Part shown: positions 27,782 through 38,940 of the stretch, piece after piece
How positions within the stretch are numbered: position 1 is the stretch's first letter
How the letters are laid out: each line of letters begins with the position of its first letter
DNA from: Spirochaetia bacterium
Lineage (GTDB): Bacteria; Spirochaetota; Spirochaetia; UBA9216
Direction of reading: 5' to 3'
Assembly: GCA_963677925.2 (NCBI GenBank)
Contig: CAXXYH010000003.1
Span: forward strand, 1,664,001 to 1,728,000
DNA length: 64,000 nucleotides
Notes under the pieces: generated by a model
The model's database searches: none
Told to the model about the DNA's origin: nothing
Seen by the model: the letters and a program-made list of their open reading frames with translations, nothing else
Program-made: the position numbers and the translations under genes

Positions 27782-28504
27782 ATGGAAGTAACCTTTATAG
27801 GATCCGGAGATGCATTCGGAAGCGGAGGACGGCTGCAGCCCTGCATCATGGTAAAAAATGGAGAGCATTGCTTCACTTTCGATTTCGGGCTGTCTGCACT
27901 TATAGGCCTGAAACAGCAGCAGCTCTCTCCCAATGCTGTAGACACGATAATTCTTTCGCATCTGCATGGAGATCATTGCGGAGGAATCCCGTTTCTTCTG
28001 ATGGATGCGATGCTTGGCGCAAAACGGGAAGCTCCTCTGAGAATTTTGGGTCCTGAAGGGACCGAACATCACCTCAGCAAAATGCATGAAATACTTTTCC
28101 CCGGAAGCAGTGTCATGACTCCGAAATTCAGTGTTGACTATATTGAACTCAGTCCCGGTGATTCAATCCGCCAGGGTGATTTAACAATAACTGCAATAGA
28201 AGCAATGCATACATTAGAAACAAAGCCTCTTGCGACCAGGGTCGAAAGCAACGGGAAAAGTATTGTATATACCGGTGACGGCGCATGTACTGAAGAGCTT
28301 GTAAATCTGACGGCAGGAGCTGATCTTCTTATCGCAGAATCATATTTCTTTGATAAGCCGGTTAAATGGCACCTGAACTATCCGGATATATCGCTGCTGA
28401 AAGCAAAAAAAACTGTTTTAACACACATGAGCGATAATATGCTGAGACAAAAAGACAATATCCCGGAATTGTGCGCATATGACGGCATGAAAATAAAAAT
28501 ATAG
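27782..28504 (+). CDS. MBL-fold metallohydrolase (RNase Z-like)
   Basis: GSGDAFGSGGR, SHLHGDHCGG, YTGD, LTH. Confidence 0.88.
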   Translation: MEVTFIGSGDAFGSGGRLQPCIMVKNGEHCFTFDFGLSALIGLKQQQLSPNAVDTIILSHLHGDHCGGIPFLLMDAMLGAKREAPLRILGPEGTEHHLSKMHEILFPGSSVMTPKFSVDYIELSPGDSIRQGDLTITAIEAMHTLETKPLATRVESNGKSIVYTGDGACTEELVNLTAGADLLIAESYFFDKPVKWHLNYPDISLLKAKKTVLTHMSDNMLRQKDNIPELCAYDGMKIKI

Positions 28505-28528
28505 AAAAAACCGGAAGATATATCCATG

Positions 28529-28566
28529 TTAATTGAAATCTCATAAACCCGTCATAATTTCCTAAT
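28529..28566 (+). promoter_or_regulatory. Pho-box-like array
   Basis: TTAAT (28529), CTCAT (28540), GTCAT (28551), CTAAT (28562) at an exact 11-bp period upstream of alkaline phosphatase. Confidence 0.65.
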
Positions 28567-28617
28567 CAAACAGGCGCAGGATCTCTCTGAATTCTAAAAA
28601 ATATTTTGGAGAGAGAA

Positions 28618-30075
28618 ATGAAAAAATTAGTATCAATTCTTTTACTGGCAGTAATTCCATTCTGTCTTTTCGCGGAAGGACAGCAGGAAACCGCCGCCGC
28701 AGAAACTTCAGCCCCTGAAGTGAGCGCAAAGTACGTATTCCTTTTTATCGGAGACGGTATGGCAATGCCCCAGATCAATGCTGCAGAAGCCTACCTCAAT
28801 GCACAGAATGGCACCGCCCCCGGAGTAACAAAACTCGGCTTTACTCAGTTCCCGGCTCAGGGACTTACAACAACCTATGATGCAGGTTCTTTCATAACCG
28901 ACTCAGCATCAGCCGGAACTGCAATTGCATCGGGAAACAAAACCCTTTCCGGTGTAATCAACTACGATGCAACAAAAACAAAAACCTTCAAGACGATAGC
29001 TGAATATGCAAAGGAAGCCGGTATGAAGGTTGGTATTCTTTCAAGCGTAAACCTTGACCACGCTACTCCCGCAGCCTTCTACGCAAAACAGCAGAGCAGA
29101 AACAGCTATTACGAAATTAACATGCAGATGGCAAACAGCAATTTCGACTACTTTGCCGGCGGAATGGTACGCCTGGACAAGACTCCCGAAGGAGAAAAGT
29201 CAGCTCTTGATGTGATGAACGAAAGAGGCTGGAATGTAACCACAACAAGGGATGAGCTCAATGCCCTTACACAGGACGGAAAGCAGGTTTACGCATACTA
29301 TGCAACAAGCTTTACAAGAAACTCTCTTGACTATGCAATGGATCAGGAAGCAGATGATATCTCCCTGGTGGAATATGTCGCAAAGGGAATCGAACTTCTC
29401 GACAACGAAAACGGCTTCTTCATGATGGTTGAAGGCGGAAAGATTGACTGGGCCTGTCATGCAAATGATGCAGCAGCTTCAATCCACAACACTATTGAGT
29501 TCGACAAGTCTATTGCCGAAGCAGTGAAATTTTACAATGCACATCCCGATGAGACACTCATAGTTGTAACAGGTGACCATGAAACAGGCGGTCTTGCCCT
29601 CGGTTTCGCAGGAACAAAATACGCTTCCGCTTTCAATGAAATTGACAAGCAGAAAATGTCCTATGAAGCATTCGATAAATATGTATTCGGCCCCTACAAG
29701 GAAGCTCATGCCAACGGCGGTTCACTTGCGGACCTTATGCCGGAAATTGAAAAGAACTTCGGTCTTACAGATCTCTCAGACTACGAAAAAGAACAGCTTA
29801 CAATGGCATTCGACCAGGCTATGGGAAATGTAAAAGTAAAATCCTCTGATGAGCAGACCTACCTTCTTTACGGTGGTTATAACCCGCTTTCAATGACTCT
29901 TACACATATCCTCAACCAGAGAGCAGGTCTCGGATGGACATCATACTCGCATACAGGAGTTCCTGTTGCAACATTTGCCGAGGGTGCAGGTTCCGAAGCT
30001 TTCAACGGCTACTATGACAATACAGACATCTTCAGAAAAATGACTGCAATCATGGGACTTCAGTCAGCTAGGTAA
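28618..30075 (+). CDS. phoA: alkaline phosphatase, secreted
   Basis: Signal peptide; FIGDGM, TDSAS (catalytic Ser), HATPAAF, EGGKIDWACHAND, TGDHETGG, HTG, DNTD. Confidence 0.93.
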   Translation: MKKLVSILLLAVIPFCLFAEGQQETAAAETSAPEVSAKYVFLFIGDGMAMPQINAAEAYLNAQNGTAPGVTKLGFTQFPAQGLTTTYDAGSFITDSASAGTAIASGNKTLSGVINYDATKTKTFKTIAEYAKEAGMKVGILSSVNLDHATPAAFYAKQQSRNSYYEINMQMANSNFDYFAGGMVRLDKTPEGEKSALDVMNERGWNVTTTRDELNALTQDGKQVYAYYATSFTRNSLDYAMDQEADDISLVEYVAKGIELLDNENGFFMMVEGGKIDWACHANDAAASIHNTIEFDKSIAEAVKFYNAHPDETLIVVTGDHETGGLALGFAGTKYASAFNEIDKQKMSYEAFDKYVFGPYKEAHANGGSLADLMPEIEKNFGLTDLSDYEKEQLTMAFDQAMGNVKVKSSDEQTYLLYGGYNPLSMTLTHILNQRAGLGWTSYSHTGVPVATFAEGAGSEAFNGYYDNTDIFRKMTAIMGLQSAR

Positions 30076-30121
30076 AAATTACATCTAAAAATAGATTTAA
30101 AAAGAACCAGTTAATAATCAT

Positions 30122-30164
30122 GAGAGAAGTTTTGACTGCCCGGCAGTCAGAACCTTCTCTCTTT
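30122..30164 (+). terminator. stem-loop (likely leaky terminator) between phoA and yibE/F
   Basis: GAGAGAAG-TTTTGACTGCC / GGCAGTCAGAAC-CTTCTCTC long stem followed by only TTT. Confidence 0.6.
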
Positions 30165-30197
30165 AATCTGGCGAATCGGCGAAAAAAAGGGAATTAT

Positions 30198-31436
30198 ATG
30201 ATATTTGCAGATAAGACCAAAAAGAGGGATATTATTTTCAGCCTTTTCATAATACTGCTCTCAACGGTAATAATATTACTGCCTACAACCCCCGAACCAA
30301 GGACTGCAGGTAATTCTTCCAGAGCAAAGGCCGAGGTAATTTCAACTGACAACTCAGAGCTGGAACAGTACGGAATTGTAAAAACCGGGAACCAGCAGGT
30401 TGAACTTAGGATTCTGAACGGCAGATTCAGGGGAATGGAAGTATCATCTACTAACATACTTATGGGCAAACTTGAACTTGATAAAATGTTCGCCCCCGGA
30501 GACAAGGCTCTGATGGTCATCGACATGGATGAAAACAATAATTTTGTTTATGCAAATATCATTGACCACTACCGGATAAATGTAGAACTTATTCTGCTGC
30601 TTCTTTTTGTGCTGATACTGATAGGTTATGCTGGATGGACCGGTTTCAATGCTGTTTTATCATTCACATTTACAGGCATTGTAATATGGAAGATTCTGAT
30701 ACCGGGATTTCTTTCCGGAATAAATCCGGTCCTCATATCCTTCGGAACCGTGTTAATTCTGTCAGCCGCAATTATTTTTCTTATCGGAGGATTCACAAAG
30801 AAGGGTCTGACAGCCTTCACAGGAACTATTGCCGGAATACTGTTCACTTCGCTTTTTTCTATGATATTCGGTCACGCATTTCATGTTCATGGAGCAGTGA
30901 AACCCTTTTCGGAAACTCTGCTGTATTCCGGTTACGCCTACCTTGATCTCAACCTCATCTTCCTTTCGGGAATCTTCATTGCTTCTTCGGGTGCCGTCAT
31001 GGATATTGCAATGGATATTGCAGCATCGATGCATGAGATCAAACATAAACGCCCCGATATAAGCTTCAGAGAACTTCTGAAATCAGGTTTCAAGGTTGGA
31101 AGGTCTGTGATAGGAACAATGACGACGACCCTGCTGCTCGCTTATTCCGGCGGATTCACCGCACTTCTCATGGTCTTTATGGCTCAGGGAACACCGCTTA
31201 TGAACATACTCAACCTCAGTTATGTAAGTGCAGAGATTCTTCATACTCTTGTGGGAAGCTTCGGTCTTGTACTGGTTGCCCCGCTGACGGCAATCACCGG
31301 GGCACTCATATTCTCACATAAAGATACAGGCTCTTATGATAAATCTTCAGGATTATCAGACACAGCGGCACCGGACACCGTCGTATCAGAAGTCTCATTG
31401 GACAAAGTACCCGTGCTATCAGGACTGTCACAGTAG
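30198..31436 (+). CDS. YibE/F family membrane protein
   Basis: [42 protein letters not shown]; ATG at 30198 after AAGGG. Confidence 0.88.
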   Translation: MIFADKTKKRDIIFSLFIILLSTVIILLPTTPEPRTAGNSSRAKAEVISTDNSELEQYGIVKTGNQQVELRILNGRFRGMEVSSTNILMGKLELDKMFAPGDKALMVIDMDENNNFVYANIIDHYRINVELILLLLFVLILIGYAGWTGFNAVLSFTFTGIVIWKILIPGFLSGINPVLISFGTVLILSAAIIFLIGGFTKKGLTAFTGTIAGILFTSLFSMIFGHAFHVHGAVKPFSETLLYSGYAYLDLNLIFLSGIFIASSGAVMDIAMDIAASMHEIKHKRPDISFRELLKSGFKVGRSVIGTMTTTLLLAYSGGFTALLMVFMAQGTPLMNILNLSYVSAEILHTLVGSFGLVLVAPLTAITGALIFSHKDTGSYDKSSGLSDTAAPDTVVSEVSLDKVPVLSGLSQ

Positions 31437-33316
31437 TCGTCGACTATTTCCTCAGGATTCTCAAAATCCTCAGGACAGCCTTCAGTTTTAAAACGGCTTA
31501 TCTGCGAATTAAGGGTATCGGCTTCGTCGCTTAGACGTGAGCTGATATCAGAAACTATCTCTACACTTGATTTAATTTCATTTACACCCTGTGTTATACC
31601 GCCCATTCTGGAAATAACATCCCGGGTCACACGTTCTACCATACTGTAGGCGACCTCAAGCTGGCTGGAGGCTTCCTCCATTTCCCTGCCGCCGTTCTCT
31701 ACATTTGAAGCGGTACCTCTAAGGCTTGTCATTGCATCAAGTATCTGCTTGCCGCCAATTGAAAGCTCATCCATGCTTCCGGAAATCTCATCCAGTGCGC
31801 GGGCTACTCCCACTACCTCACGATTTATATCAACAAACGAACCCTTTGTATCCTCACCGGCAGAAGCAGCTTTTTCTATATTCTCAATCACCGACTTAAT
31901 AACAGCGCTGATCCGTTTGGAACTTTGTCCTGATGCATCGGAAAGCTTCCTTATCTCTTCAGCTACGACAGCAAAACCTGCGCCGTATTCGCCGGCATGT
32001 GCCGCTTCAATCGCTGCATTCATTGCAAGAAGTCCGGTCTGTGCTGCTACAGACTGTATAATGGAAACCGTTGTTCTTATTTCATCAATATTGGAAGTTA
32101 TCTCCTGGATAATACCTATGGTTTCATTCAGTTTTTCACCGCCTATATTGGCAGTCTTGACAAGCTCTTCAGTCGCATTTTTCTTTTTGCCCGTTATATC
32201 GGCAACATTGTCAATCGAAGCTATCATCTGTGTAACTGCTGATGTTGACTCCTCAATCATTGCAAACTGTTCATCAAGCATGGTCCTGACTTCAGAAACC
32301 TTTGACTTAACTGTTCCCATCCCCTGTCCGGAATCCCTGACCTGAGAATCCAGGCTTCCCATTCCATCCTTAATCTCATTCATCACTGTTGCAATCTGTG
32401 TTGTAGATGCTGTAGAACTTATCGCGGCACCAATCAGCTCGTCTTTCATGGCAATATTTTTCTCGGAAGATTCCTTAATCTTTTCGATCGACTCCCTCAG
32501 TTCTCCTGAAAAACTGTTCAGGTTTCTGCCTAGAGTCCCTATTTCATCCTTGGTGACAGCAGTAAATTTTCTAAGAAGGTTTCCGTGCCTGAGTTCTGCA
32601 ACACCTGACTCAAGCTGGGTAACACTTTTAGCCATCCGGCCCGCCATAATTGCAGCAGCTATAATTATTCCGATAACTATAAGAATAAAAATTATTACAC
32701 TTCTGATGATTACCGATACCGTTTTTCCGGCAACCTCGGTCTCGATAACTTCAAACTGCTTATCAATGACCTCGTAAGCAGAACTAAGTGCTCCATTGCA
32801 TATATCAACACTGCTCTCAAGATCAAGAGCTCTTTCCATTATCTCAAAATAGTCATCATTCCGTTTAATTATTGTTGATGTATAAAAGGTTTTAAGCGAA
32901 ACCATCTTTGAGAAAAGAGTCCGCTCCGCATCATCCATTACAATGGGCATTATATCGACATATCTTTCCCAGCGTTCCTCAAAAAGCTGCTGAAGCTGGA
33001 TCACAGCATCCATTGATCTGTTAACCTTTGCATTCAGATTGCTCAGCCTGCGCTGGCTGGAGACTATATTGAAAACCTCATCCATCTGGCTTTTTGCATC
33101 GTTAACTTCTTCAAACTGCTGCTCAAGCGGTGCCGTAAAAAGCCTGTTCATCTCAGCCCTCACCAGAAGAACCTTTTCACCAAGAAGCCTCAGGTCCTCG
33201 GTTTCCCGGTTAATCTCAAGAACAGGTATAATAAATAGAATAATCAAACCGACAGCAAGAAGAAAAATTACAAATTCGCCGAAAACAATTGCGAAAAGTT
33301 TATTTTTAATAGTCAT
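31334..33316 (-). CDS. methyl-accepting chemotaxis protein
   Basis: Two TMs, HAMP ([11 protein letters not shown]), [33 protein letters not shown]. Confidence 0.95.
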   Translation of the reverse strand: MTIKNKLFAIVFGEFVIFLLAVGLIILFIIPVLEINRETEDLRLLGEKVLLVRAEMNRLFTAPLEQQFEEVNDAKSQMDEVFNIVSSQRRLSNLNAKVNRSMDAVIQLQQLFEERWERYVDIMPIVMDDAERTLFSKMVSLKTFYTSTIIKRNDDYFEIMERALDLESSVDICNGALSSAYEVIDKQFEVIETEVAGKTVSVIIRSVIIFILIVIGIIIAAAIMAGRMAKSVTQLESGVAELRHGNLLRKFTAVTKDEIGTLGRNLNSFSGELRESIEKIKESSEKNIAMKDELIGAAISSTASTTQIATVMNEIKDGMGSLDSQVRDSGQGMGTVKSKVSEVRTMLDEQFAMIEESTSAVTQMIASIDNVADITGKKKNATEELVKTANIGGEKLNETIGIIQEITSNIDEIRTTVSIIQSVAAQTGLLAMNAAIEAAHAGEYGAGFAVVAEEIRKLSDASGQSSKRISAVIKSVIENIEKAASAGEDTKGSFVDINREVVGVARALDEISGSMDELSIGGKQILDAMTSLRGTASNVENGGREMEEASSQLEVAYSMVERVTRDVISRMGGITQGVNEIKSSVEIVSDISSRLSDEADTLNSQISRFKTEGCPEDFENPEEIVDDYCDSPDSTGTLSNETSDTTVSGAAVSDNPEDLS

Positions 33317-33524
33317 TTATCCCCCGGTAATCAACCAATTTGAACAAATAGTTTATTACAGATAGCTGCTAATAAAAACCACAAAAATTTAATTGAAACG
33401 ATTACATCCATATATTCTAGTAAATTTTACATACAGATTCAAACTACCAATGTGAAATTCCAGTTTCAGTATCAGCTCACCCCCGGTCTTTTCAACTATC
33501 CTCATATCGTAGTAAAATCCGCCC

Positions 33525-35588
33525 ATGAAAACACTGGTTCTTGCAGAAAAGCCCAGCGCGGGCAGAGATATAGCACGGGTACTCGGCTGCCGAAAACAGA
33601 CACGAAGCTTTATTGAGGGAGACAAGTACATTGTAACATGGGCAATGGGGCACCTGGTTGAGCTTGCCGATCCAGGAACTTATGACAGCAGATACAACAG
33701 CTGGAATCTCGATGATCTGCCCATGCTTCCCGAAAGGATGAAACATCACGTTATAAAGCGTACTTCCTCCCAGTTTTCAACTGTTAAGAAGCTTCTTCAC
33801 CGGAATGATGTTGCGGATGTAGTGATAGCCACAGATGCAGGAAGAGAGGGAGAGCAAGTAGCAAGGCTTATCCTCAGGCTAGCCGGCTATAAAGGGAAAT
33901 TCTCAAGACTTTGGATAAACTCACTTACCGACAAGGCAATTAAGAACGGGTTTGGTTCACTCAAGCCCGGCCACGACTTCGACAACCTGCTGAGGGCTGC
34001 AGAATGCCGGGCAGAGGCTGACTGGATTATCGGCCTGAATATAACAAGAGCCTTAAGCTGCCATTACGATACCAGGCTCTCAGCTGGAAGGGTTCAGACA
34101 CCTACACTTGCTATGGTAAAAAACCGTGAAGAACAGATTAAAAACTTTATTCCCTCAAAGTACTGGAATCTTGAAGCGGGTTTTGGAAGTTTTTCCGCCC
34201 GATGGCGAGACGGGAAAGGCAATACTCTTATTAAAACCGGGGAAGAAGCTGAAGCACTTAAATCAAAACTTCTTAATTCAGAGGCGGAAATAATCTCAGT
34301 AAAATCATCAGACAAAACAGAACCGCCGCCCCTTGCATATGACCTGAACTCGCTTCAGCAGGAAGCAAACAGAGTACTCGGATTCTCAGCAAAAAAAACA
34401 CTTCAGGTTCTTCAGGGCCTGTATGAAAGACATAAAATAGTAACCTATCCCAGAACCGACTCGCGTTATCTTCCGGAGGATATACGGGAAACAATAAGCG
34501 AGAGACTCTCTGCGCTTAAAAATACCGGCTGGAAAAAACAGGCTCATCAGATAGGTAAAAATGAGATAAAGGCAGGAAAAAGGCTGTTCAACAATGCCGG
34601 AGTCAGCGATCACCATGCAATAATTCCGACTGAAGAAACAGTAATTCCCGAAAGACTTTCCGCAGAGGAAAAAGCGCTGTGGGATATTGTAGTAAAGCGG
34701 TTTATAGCTGTGCTCTCGCCACCCTTCCGCTACAAACGTATAAGTGTGGAAATTACAGCAGGAGGAGAAAGCTTCAGAGCATCTTCCAATATCCTTATCG
34801 ATCAGGGCTGGAAGGCGGTGGAATTTGTTTCCACAGAGTCGGAAACTGATGAGGCCGAGGGGCATGGAAGCCTGAAAGACCTTCAAAAGGGGGATACTCT
34901 CAGCATCAAAGAAATTAATATTTCCACACACCTGACGAAACCGCCGGCACCCTGTACAGAGGCGGTACTTCTGGGGCTTATGGAGGACCCGTCAAAATTC
35001 CTGCGGAACAGCGAATTAAAAGAAAATATAAGAAAGGCCGGACTAGGAACCCCTGCAACAAGGGCTGATATAATTGAAAAGCTTATATCAAACCACTATC
35101 TGGATCGTAAAAACAAGATACTAAGCGTTACTCCGGCCGGAGAAGAAGTCCTTCTTCTGGCACCTGATGAATTAAAATCCCCGGAACTGACGGCACGGTG
35201 GGAACAGCGCCTTGAAAACATTGCTGAAGGCAGGGAGAAAGCCGGAGCCTTCTCGGCAGAAATCAGAGAGCAGACAAAAAAAATGGTCAGTGAGGTTATA
35301 AGCTCCGGAAAAACACTGAAGCCGGCAGCCGCCGGCGGCCCTCCATGCCCTCTCTGCGGAAGGCCCATGATGAGTTCCCACGATAAAAAAGGCCGCGAAA
35401 TCAAAGTATGCCGCTCCCTGACCTGCGGGTACGAGGAAGAACCTGAAAACCGCGGCGGAATGAGCAAGCCTTCCAAGAGAGAGAAAGCAGTGGCCCGCAA
35501 TCTTATGAAAAAATATTCAGCAGACAGCGGAGATACATTCACCCTTGCCGACATGATAAAAGAAAAGCCGAAAAGGAACAGGAAATGA
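33525..35588 (+). CDS. topB: DNA topoisomerase III
   Basis: LAEKPS, ATDAGREGE, SAGRVQTPTL, TYPRTDS, DHHAIIPT, GLGTPATRA; C-terminal CPLC..CxxxxC zinc ribbon. Confidence 0.92.
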   Translation: MKTLVLAEKPSAGRDIARVLGCRKQTRSFIEGDKYIVTWAMGHLVELADPGTYDSRYNSWNLDDLPMLPERMKHHVIKRTSSQFSTVKKLLHRNDVADVVIATDAGREGEQVARLILRLAGYKGKFSRLWINSLTDKAIKNGFGSLKPGHDFDNLLRAAECRAEADWIIGLNITRALSCHYDTRLSAGRVQTPTLAMVKNREEQIKNFIPSKYWNLEAGFGSFSARWRDGKGNTLIKTGEEAEALKSKLLNSEAEIISVKSSDKTEPPPLAYDLNSLQQEANRVLGFSAKKTLQVLQGLYERHKIVTYPRTDSRYLPEDIRETISERLSALKNTGWKKQAHQIGKNEIKAGKRLFNNAGVSDHHAIIPTEETVIPERLSAEEKALWDIVVKRFIAVLSPPFRYKRISVEITAGGESFRASSNILIDQGWKAVEFVSTESETDEAEGHGSLKDLQKGDTLSIKEINISTHLTKPPAPCTEAVLLGLMEDPSKFLRNSELKENIRKAGLGTPATRADIIEKLISNHYLDRKNKILSVTPAGEEVLLLAPDELKSPELTARWEQRLENIAEGREKAGAFSAEIREQTKKMVSEVISSGKTLKPAAAGGPPCPLCGRPMMSSHDKKGREIKVCRSLTCGYEEEPENRGGMSKPSKREKAVARNLMKKYSADSGDTFTLADMIKEKPKRNRK

Positions 35589-36463
35589 TTATATATGATG
35601 AACCTCTTTACAGGCCGCCTTCAGAAGCTGAGAGTCTCATAATACAGGCAACTCTGGGCTGCAGCCATAACCGCTGCGTTTTCTGCGGCATGTATAAGTC
35701 AAAAACCTTTAAAGCCAGACCGATTGAAAAAGTTCTGGGTGAAATAAGCTACGCAGCCGCCAATTACCCGGGCGTCAGAAGGGTTTTTCTGGCAGACGGG
35801 GATGCAATGGCCCTTGGAACCGATACTCTTCTTCAAATATCAGAACACCTGCATAATGAACTTCCCCGGCTTGAACGCATATCCCTGTATGCAAATCCGG
35901 GCAATATCCGCAAGAAATCGGATGAGGAACTTAAAGAAATCAGAGACAGCGGAATCAAGCTGCTGTATCTTGGAATTGAATCGGGCTCCGATCTCATCCT
36001 CAAGAAAATCAGAAAAGGTGCAGATGCAGAACTGATGAACGAAGGCATAAGCCGTTCCAGACAGGCCGGAATAAAAGTATCCGCGACTCTAATAACAGGA
36101 TTAGGCGGAGCGGAACACTGGGAAGAGCATATAAGCGGCAGTGCTGAACTGATAAACCGCACTCCCACTGATTACCTGTCAACGCTCACTCTGATGGTAG
36201 ACCGTAATACGATTAAACAGCTGGAAGAATCATACGGACACAGTTTCACCATGCAGAACGATACCGCCATAATGAAAGAAAACAGAATGCTGATTGAAAA
36301 GCTGAATCCGGAGAGCAATATTGTATTTATGTCGAATCATGCGTCTAATGCACTGCCGCTTCGGGGAATGCTTCCGGCCCACCGTGAAAAACTACTTGCT
36401 CAGATAGACAGTGCGCTAAGCGGTAATGAAAGAATCAGGCCATCGTGGATGCGTGGATTGTAA
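35585..36463 (+). CDS. radical SAM protein
   Basis: YRPPSEA, CSHNRCVFC (CxxxCxxC), FLADGDA, GIESG, SNHASN; ATGA overlap with topB. Confidence 0.9.
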   Translation: MIIYDEPLYRPPSEAESLIIQATLGCSHNRCVFCGMYKSKTFKARPIEKVLGEISYAAANYPGVRRVFLADGDAMALGTDTLLQISEHLHNELPRLERISLYANPGNIRKKSDEELKEIRDSGIKLLYLGIESGSDLILKKIRKGADAELMNEGISRSRQAGIKVSATLITGLGGAEHWEEHISGSAELINRTPTDYLSTLTLMVDRNTIKQLEESYGHSFTMQNDTAIMKENRMLIEKLNPESNIVFMSNHASNALPLRGMLPAHREKLLAQIDSALSGNERIRPSWMRGL

Positions 36464-36470
36464 AGAGTCC

Positions 36471-36728
36471 TCAGCCGGCTTCCCGGTAGCTTTTAAGAGC
36501 ATTTGCAAGCTGGTCGGGGCATGAAGTACTGCGGCTTCCGCATTTTACACCTTCAACACAGCTGATCACCTCGTCGACACTTCGGCCCTCTACAAGCCGC
36601 TTTATTCCGATCAGGTTTCCCGGACAGCCTCCGCGAAACTCAACTGATTCTATTATCTCATTCTTAATCTTGATATTAATTTCTTTAGAGCAGGTTCCTG
36701 ATGTTTTATATGAAATGTGTTTAGGCAT
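36471..36728 (-). CDS. TIGR03905-type stand-alone TSCPD domain protein
   Basis: GTCS, FRGGCPGNL, CG.RSTSCPDQLA. Confidence 0.88.
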   Translation of the reverse strand: MPKHISYKTSGTCSKEINIKIKNEIIESVEFRGGCPGNLIGIKRLVEGRSVDEVISCVEGVKCGSRSTSCPDQLANALKSYREAG

Positions 36729-36817
36729 AGACTTTTTTAACGATTTTTCATAATTTCATCAATGCCCTTGAATTGCTTCCTTATGATTTCTTAGAATATA
36801 GTATAGGATTTTTTAAT

Positions 36818-37216
36818 ATGGACGAAAGACTGAAGGCTCTGGAACAGATTAACTCCGCAGATAAAGGGATTAGCGCAGCAGGAAGGATACTTGGAGAGAC
36901 TGCCCCCTGGGGTGTTCTTATCGAGATTTCAGGAAAGCTTGACAACTACAACTCCAATATTTTTACCGAACATGTATCAAGTATCATATCCGAAAACAGC
37001 ACAATCGATGTACTTATAATAGATATGAAAGAAATAAACTATGTATCCTCCACAGGAATCGGCTCATTGACGAATCTGCTTATCCAGACTCATAAATTCA
37101 ATATCGAATTTAAAATTGCAAGAGCCGGAGAAAAAATCAAATCACTTATTGATCTGCTCGGCTTCACCTCATTTTTTCAGTTTGTCGATGATCTGAATAC
37201 AGTCAGGGGGGAATAG
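36818..37216 (+). CDS. STAS domain protein (anti-sigma factor antagonist)
   Basis: ISGKLDNYNS, DMKEINYVSSTGIG (phosphorylatable Ser), LLGF. Confidence 0.88.
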   Translation: MDERLKALEQINSADKGISAAGRILGETAPWGVLIEISGKLDNYNSNIFTEHVSSIISENSTIDVLIIDMKEINYVSSTGIGSLTNLLIQTHKFNIEFKIARAGEKIKSLIDLLGFTSFFQFVDDLNTVRGE

Positions 37217-37222
37217 CCGCTG

Positions 37223-38446
37223 ATGTATGAGACGTTCAGGGATCTGCTTGAACTGACCCATTTTATCTATTTTACCATCACAGATGAAGGAATCATCAGC
37301 TTCCTTAATCCTGCGGGAAAGGCCTTCTTCGGTGTAAACGAAGCGGAAACCGAACTCAGACTGCCGGACCTCTTCGAACATCACATAGACTATGTGACCA
37401 CACAGAATATACTCCTTGAAGAAGGCCGTCTGACTGAATGCGAGGTGGCTCTTAAATCATCAGCCGGAATGCGTGTAATGTCAATTACTGCTATCCAAAA
37501 TAAGAATCTCGAAGCAAAATCATGCAGAATTAAGGGATTAATGCATGATGTAACTGAGAAAATCAGAAGTGATCAGCAGTCCATTAAAAATAATCTTGAG
37601 CTCGTAGAATTAAACAAAAAACTCAAGGAAACTCAGGCAGCACTTATTCAAAATGAAAAAATGGCTTCCCTCGGGCAGCTTGCCGCCGGTATAGCGCATG
37701 AAATCAATAATCCGTTGAGTTTTGTACAGAGTAATTTTATAAGTCTTCAAAAATACACCCCCGTGATACTCGGCTATATAGAAAAAATCGAAGAGATCTG
37801 CAGAGAGAATTCAGGGACAAATGATAATCTTGCTAAAATCAGGGATGACATGGACATCGAATTCATCCTCAGCGATTTAGACAGCATTCTTTCTGAATCA
37901 CAGGACGGATTCTCCAGGATTATCTCCATAGTCAAGGAAATGAAGTCCTTTTCCCGCTCAGATGCAGCTGAAACAGCAGACTATGATATCAACAACGGAA
38001 TCAGATCTACTATAATAGTAGCCGGCAACGCCTATAAATATTCTGCCGATCTGGAAACCGACTTCGGGAAAGTTCCAAGAATTAGGTGTGTAAGCAGTGA
38101 AATAAACCAGGTTCTGCTTAACATTATCATTAATGCCTCCCAGGCCATGAGCTCTGAAAAAAAAGGGATAATAAAGATAAAAACATGGAGTGAAGACGGA
38201 GCTGTATACTGTTCAATCTCAAATAACGGAGAACCTATACCGCAGAACAGACTAAGCCGTATCTTTGAGCCTTTTTACACAACAAAACCTCCGGGAAAGG
38301 GTACTGGTCTTGGTTTGAGCCATGCACATAACATTATAGTAGAAATTCACAAAGGAGAGCTGATTGTAGAATCCGGTGAATGGACAACTTTTACAATAAA
38401 ACTTCCGGCCCCTGAAGAGAATTCGCAGGTACGGGATGATAAATAA
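37223..38446 (+). CDS. cytoplasmic PAS-domain sensor histidine kinase
   Basis: PAS-like N-terminus, EKMASLGQLAAGIAHEINNPL, QVLLNIIINA, FEPFYTTK..GKGTGLGL. Confidence 0.92.
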   Translation: MYETFRDLLELTHFIYFTITDEGIISFLNPAGKAFFGVNEAETELRLPDLFEHHIDYVTTQNILLEEGRLTECEVALKSSAGMRVMSITAIQNKNLEAKSCRIKGLMHDVTEKIRSDQQSIKNNLELVELNKKLKETQAALIQNEKMASLGQLAAGIAHEINNPLSFVQSNFISLQKYTPVILGYIEKIEEICRENSGTNDNLAKIRDDMDIEFILSDLDSILSESQDGFSRIISIVKEMKSFSRSDAAETADYDINNGIRSTIIVAGNAYKYSADLETDFGKVPRIRCVSSEINQVLLNIIINASQAMSSEKKGIIKIKTWSEDGAVYCSISNNGEPIPQNRLSRIFEPFYTTKPPGKGTGLGLSHAHNIIVEIHKGELIVESGEWTTFTIKLPAPEENSQVRDDK

Positions 38447-38490
38447 AAACTGACAATAGGCGGTTTTCGCTATATAATTAAAATTCCAGG

Positions 38491-38883
38491 ATGGGTGAAA
38501 TGAGTGACATCAGAGATAGAAAATTAAAAGTACTCGTAACTGAAGATGAAGCTATAAACAGAATGTATATTACTACAATTCTTGACAGGATAGGCTGGGA
38601 AGTTCACGAAGCTTCCGATGGTCTTGAAGCCCTGGAAAAAATAAAAAGCGATAAATATGATGTTGTTCTTATGGACATAAGCATGCCTAAACTTAACGGT
38701 CTTGATGCGGTTACACAAATAAGGAACAGTGAGGCCGACGGCACTCATCTGCCCGTAATTGCCCTTACGGCCCATGCCTTCCCTTCTGACAGGAAGAAAT
38801 TCCTTGAAGCCGGCATGGACGATGTTGTAGTGAAGCCTCTTAATGAAGAAGCTCTGATAAATGTTATTTCTAAGCTGGTATAA
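38491..38883 (+). CDS. single-domain response regulator
   Basis: VTEDE, LMDISMP, ALTA, AGMDDVVVKP. Confidence 0.92.
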   Translation: MGEMSDIRDRKLKVLVTEDEAINRMYITTILDRIGWEVHEASDGLEALEKIKSDKYDVVLMDISMPKLNGLDAVTQIRNSEADGTHLPVIALTAHAFPSDRKKFLEAGMDDVVVKPLNEEALINVISKLV

Positions 38884-38940
38884 AGTAAATTTATATCTTT
38901 TTAATTCCATTTTCCGCCGCACTGTGTTATATTGAGCTCA

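Noticed and set aside
30120-30197. Upstream extension of the YibE/F ORF
   Set aside because: It runs through the stem-loop after phoA; ATG 30198 is the better start.
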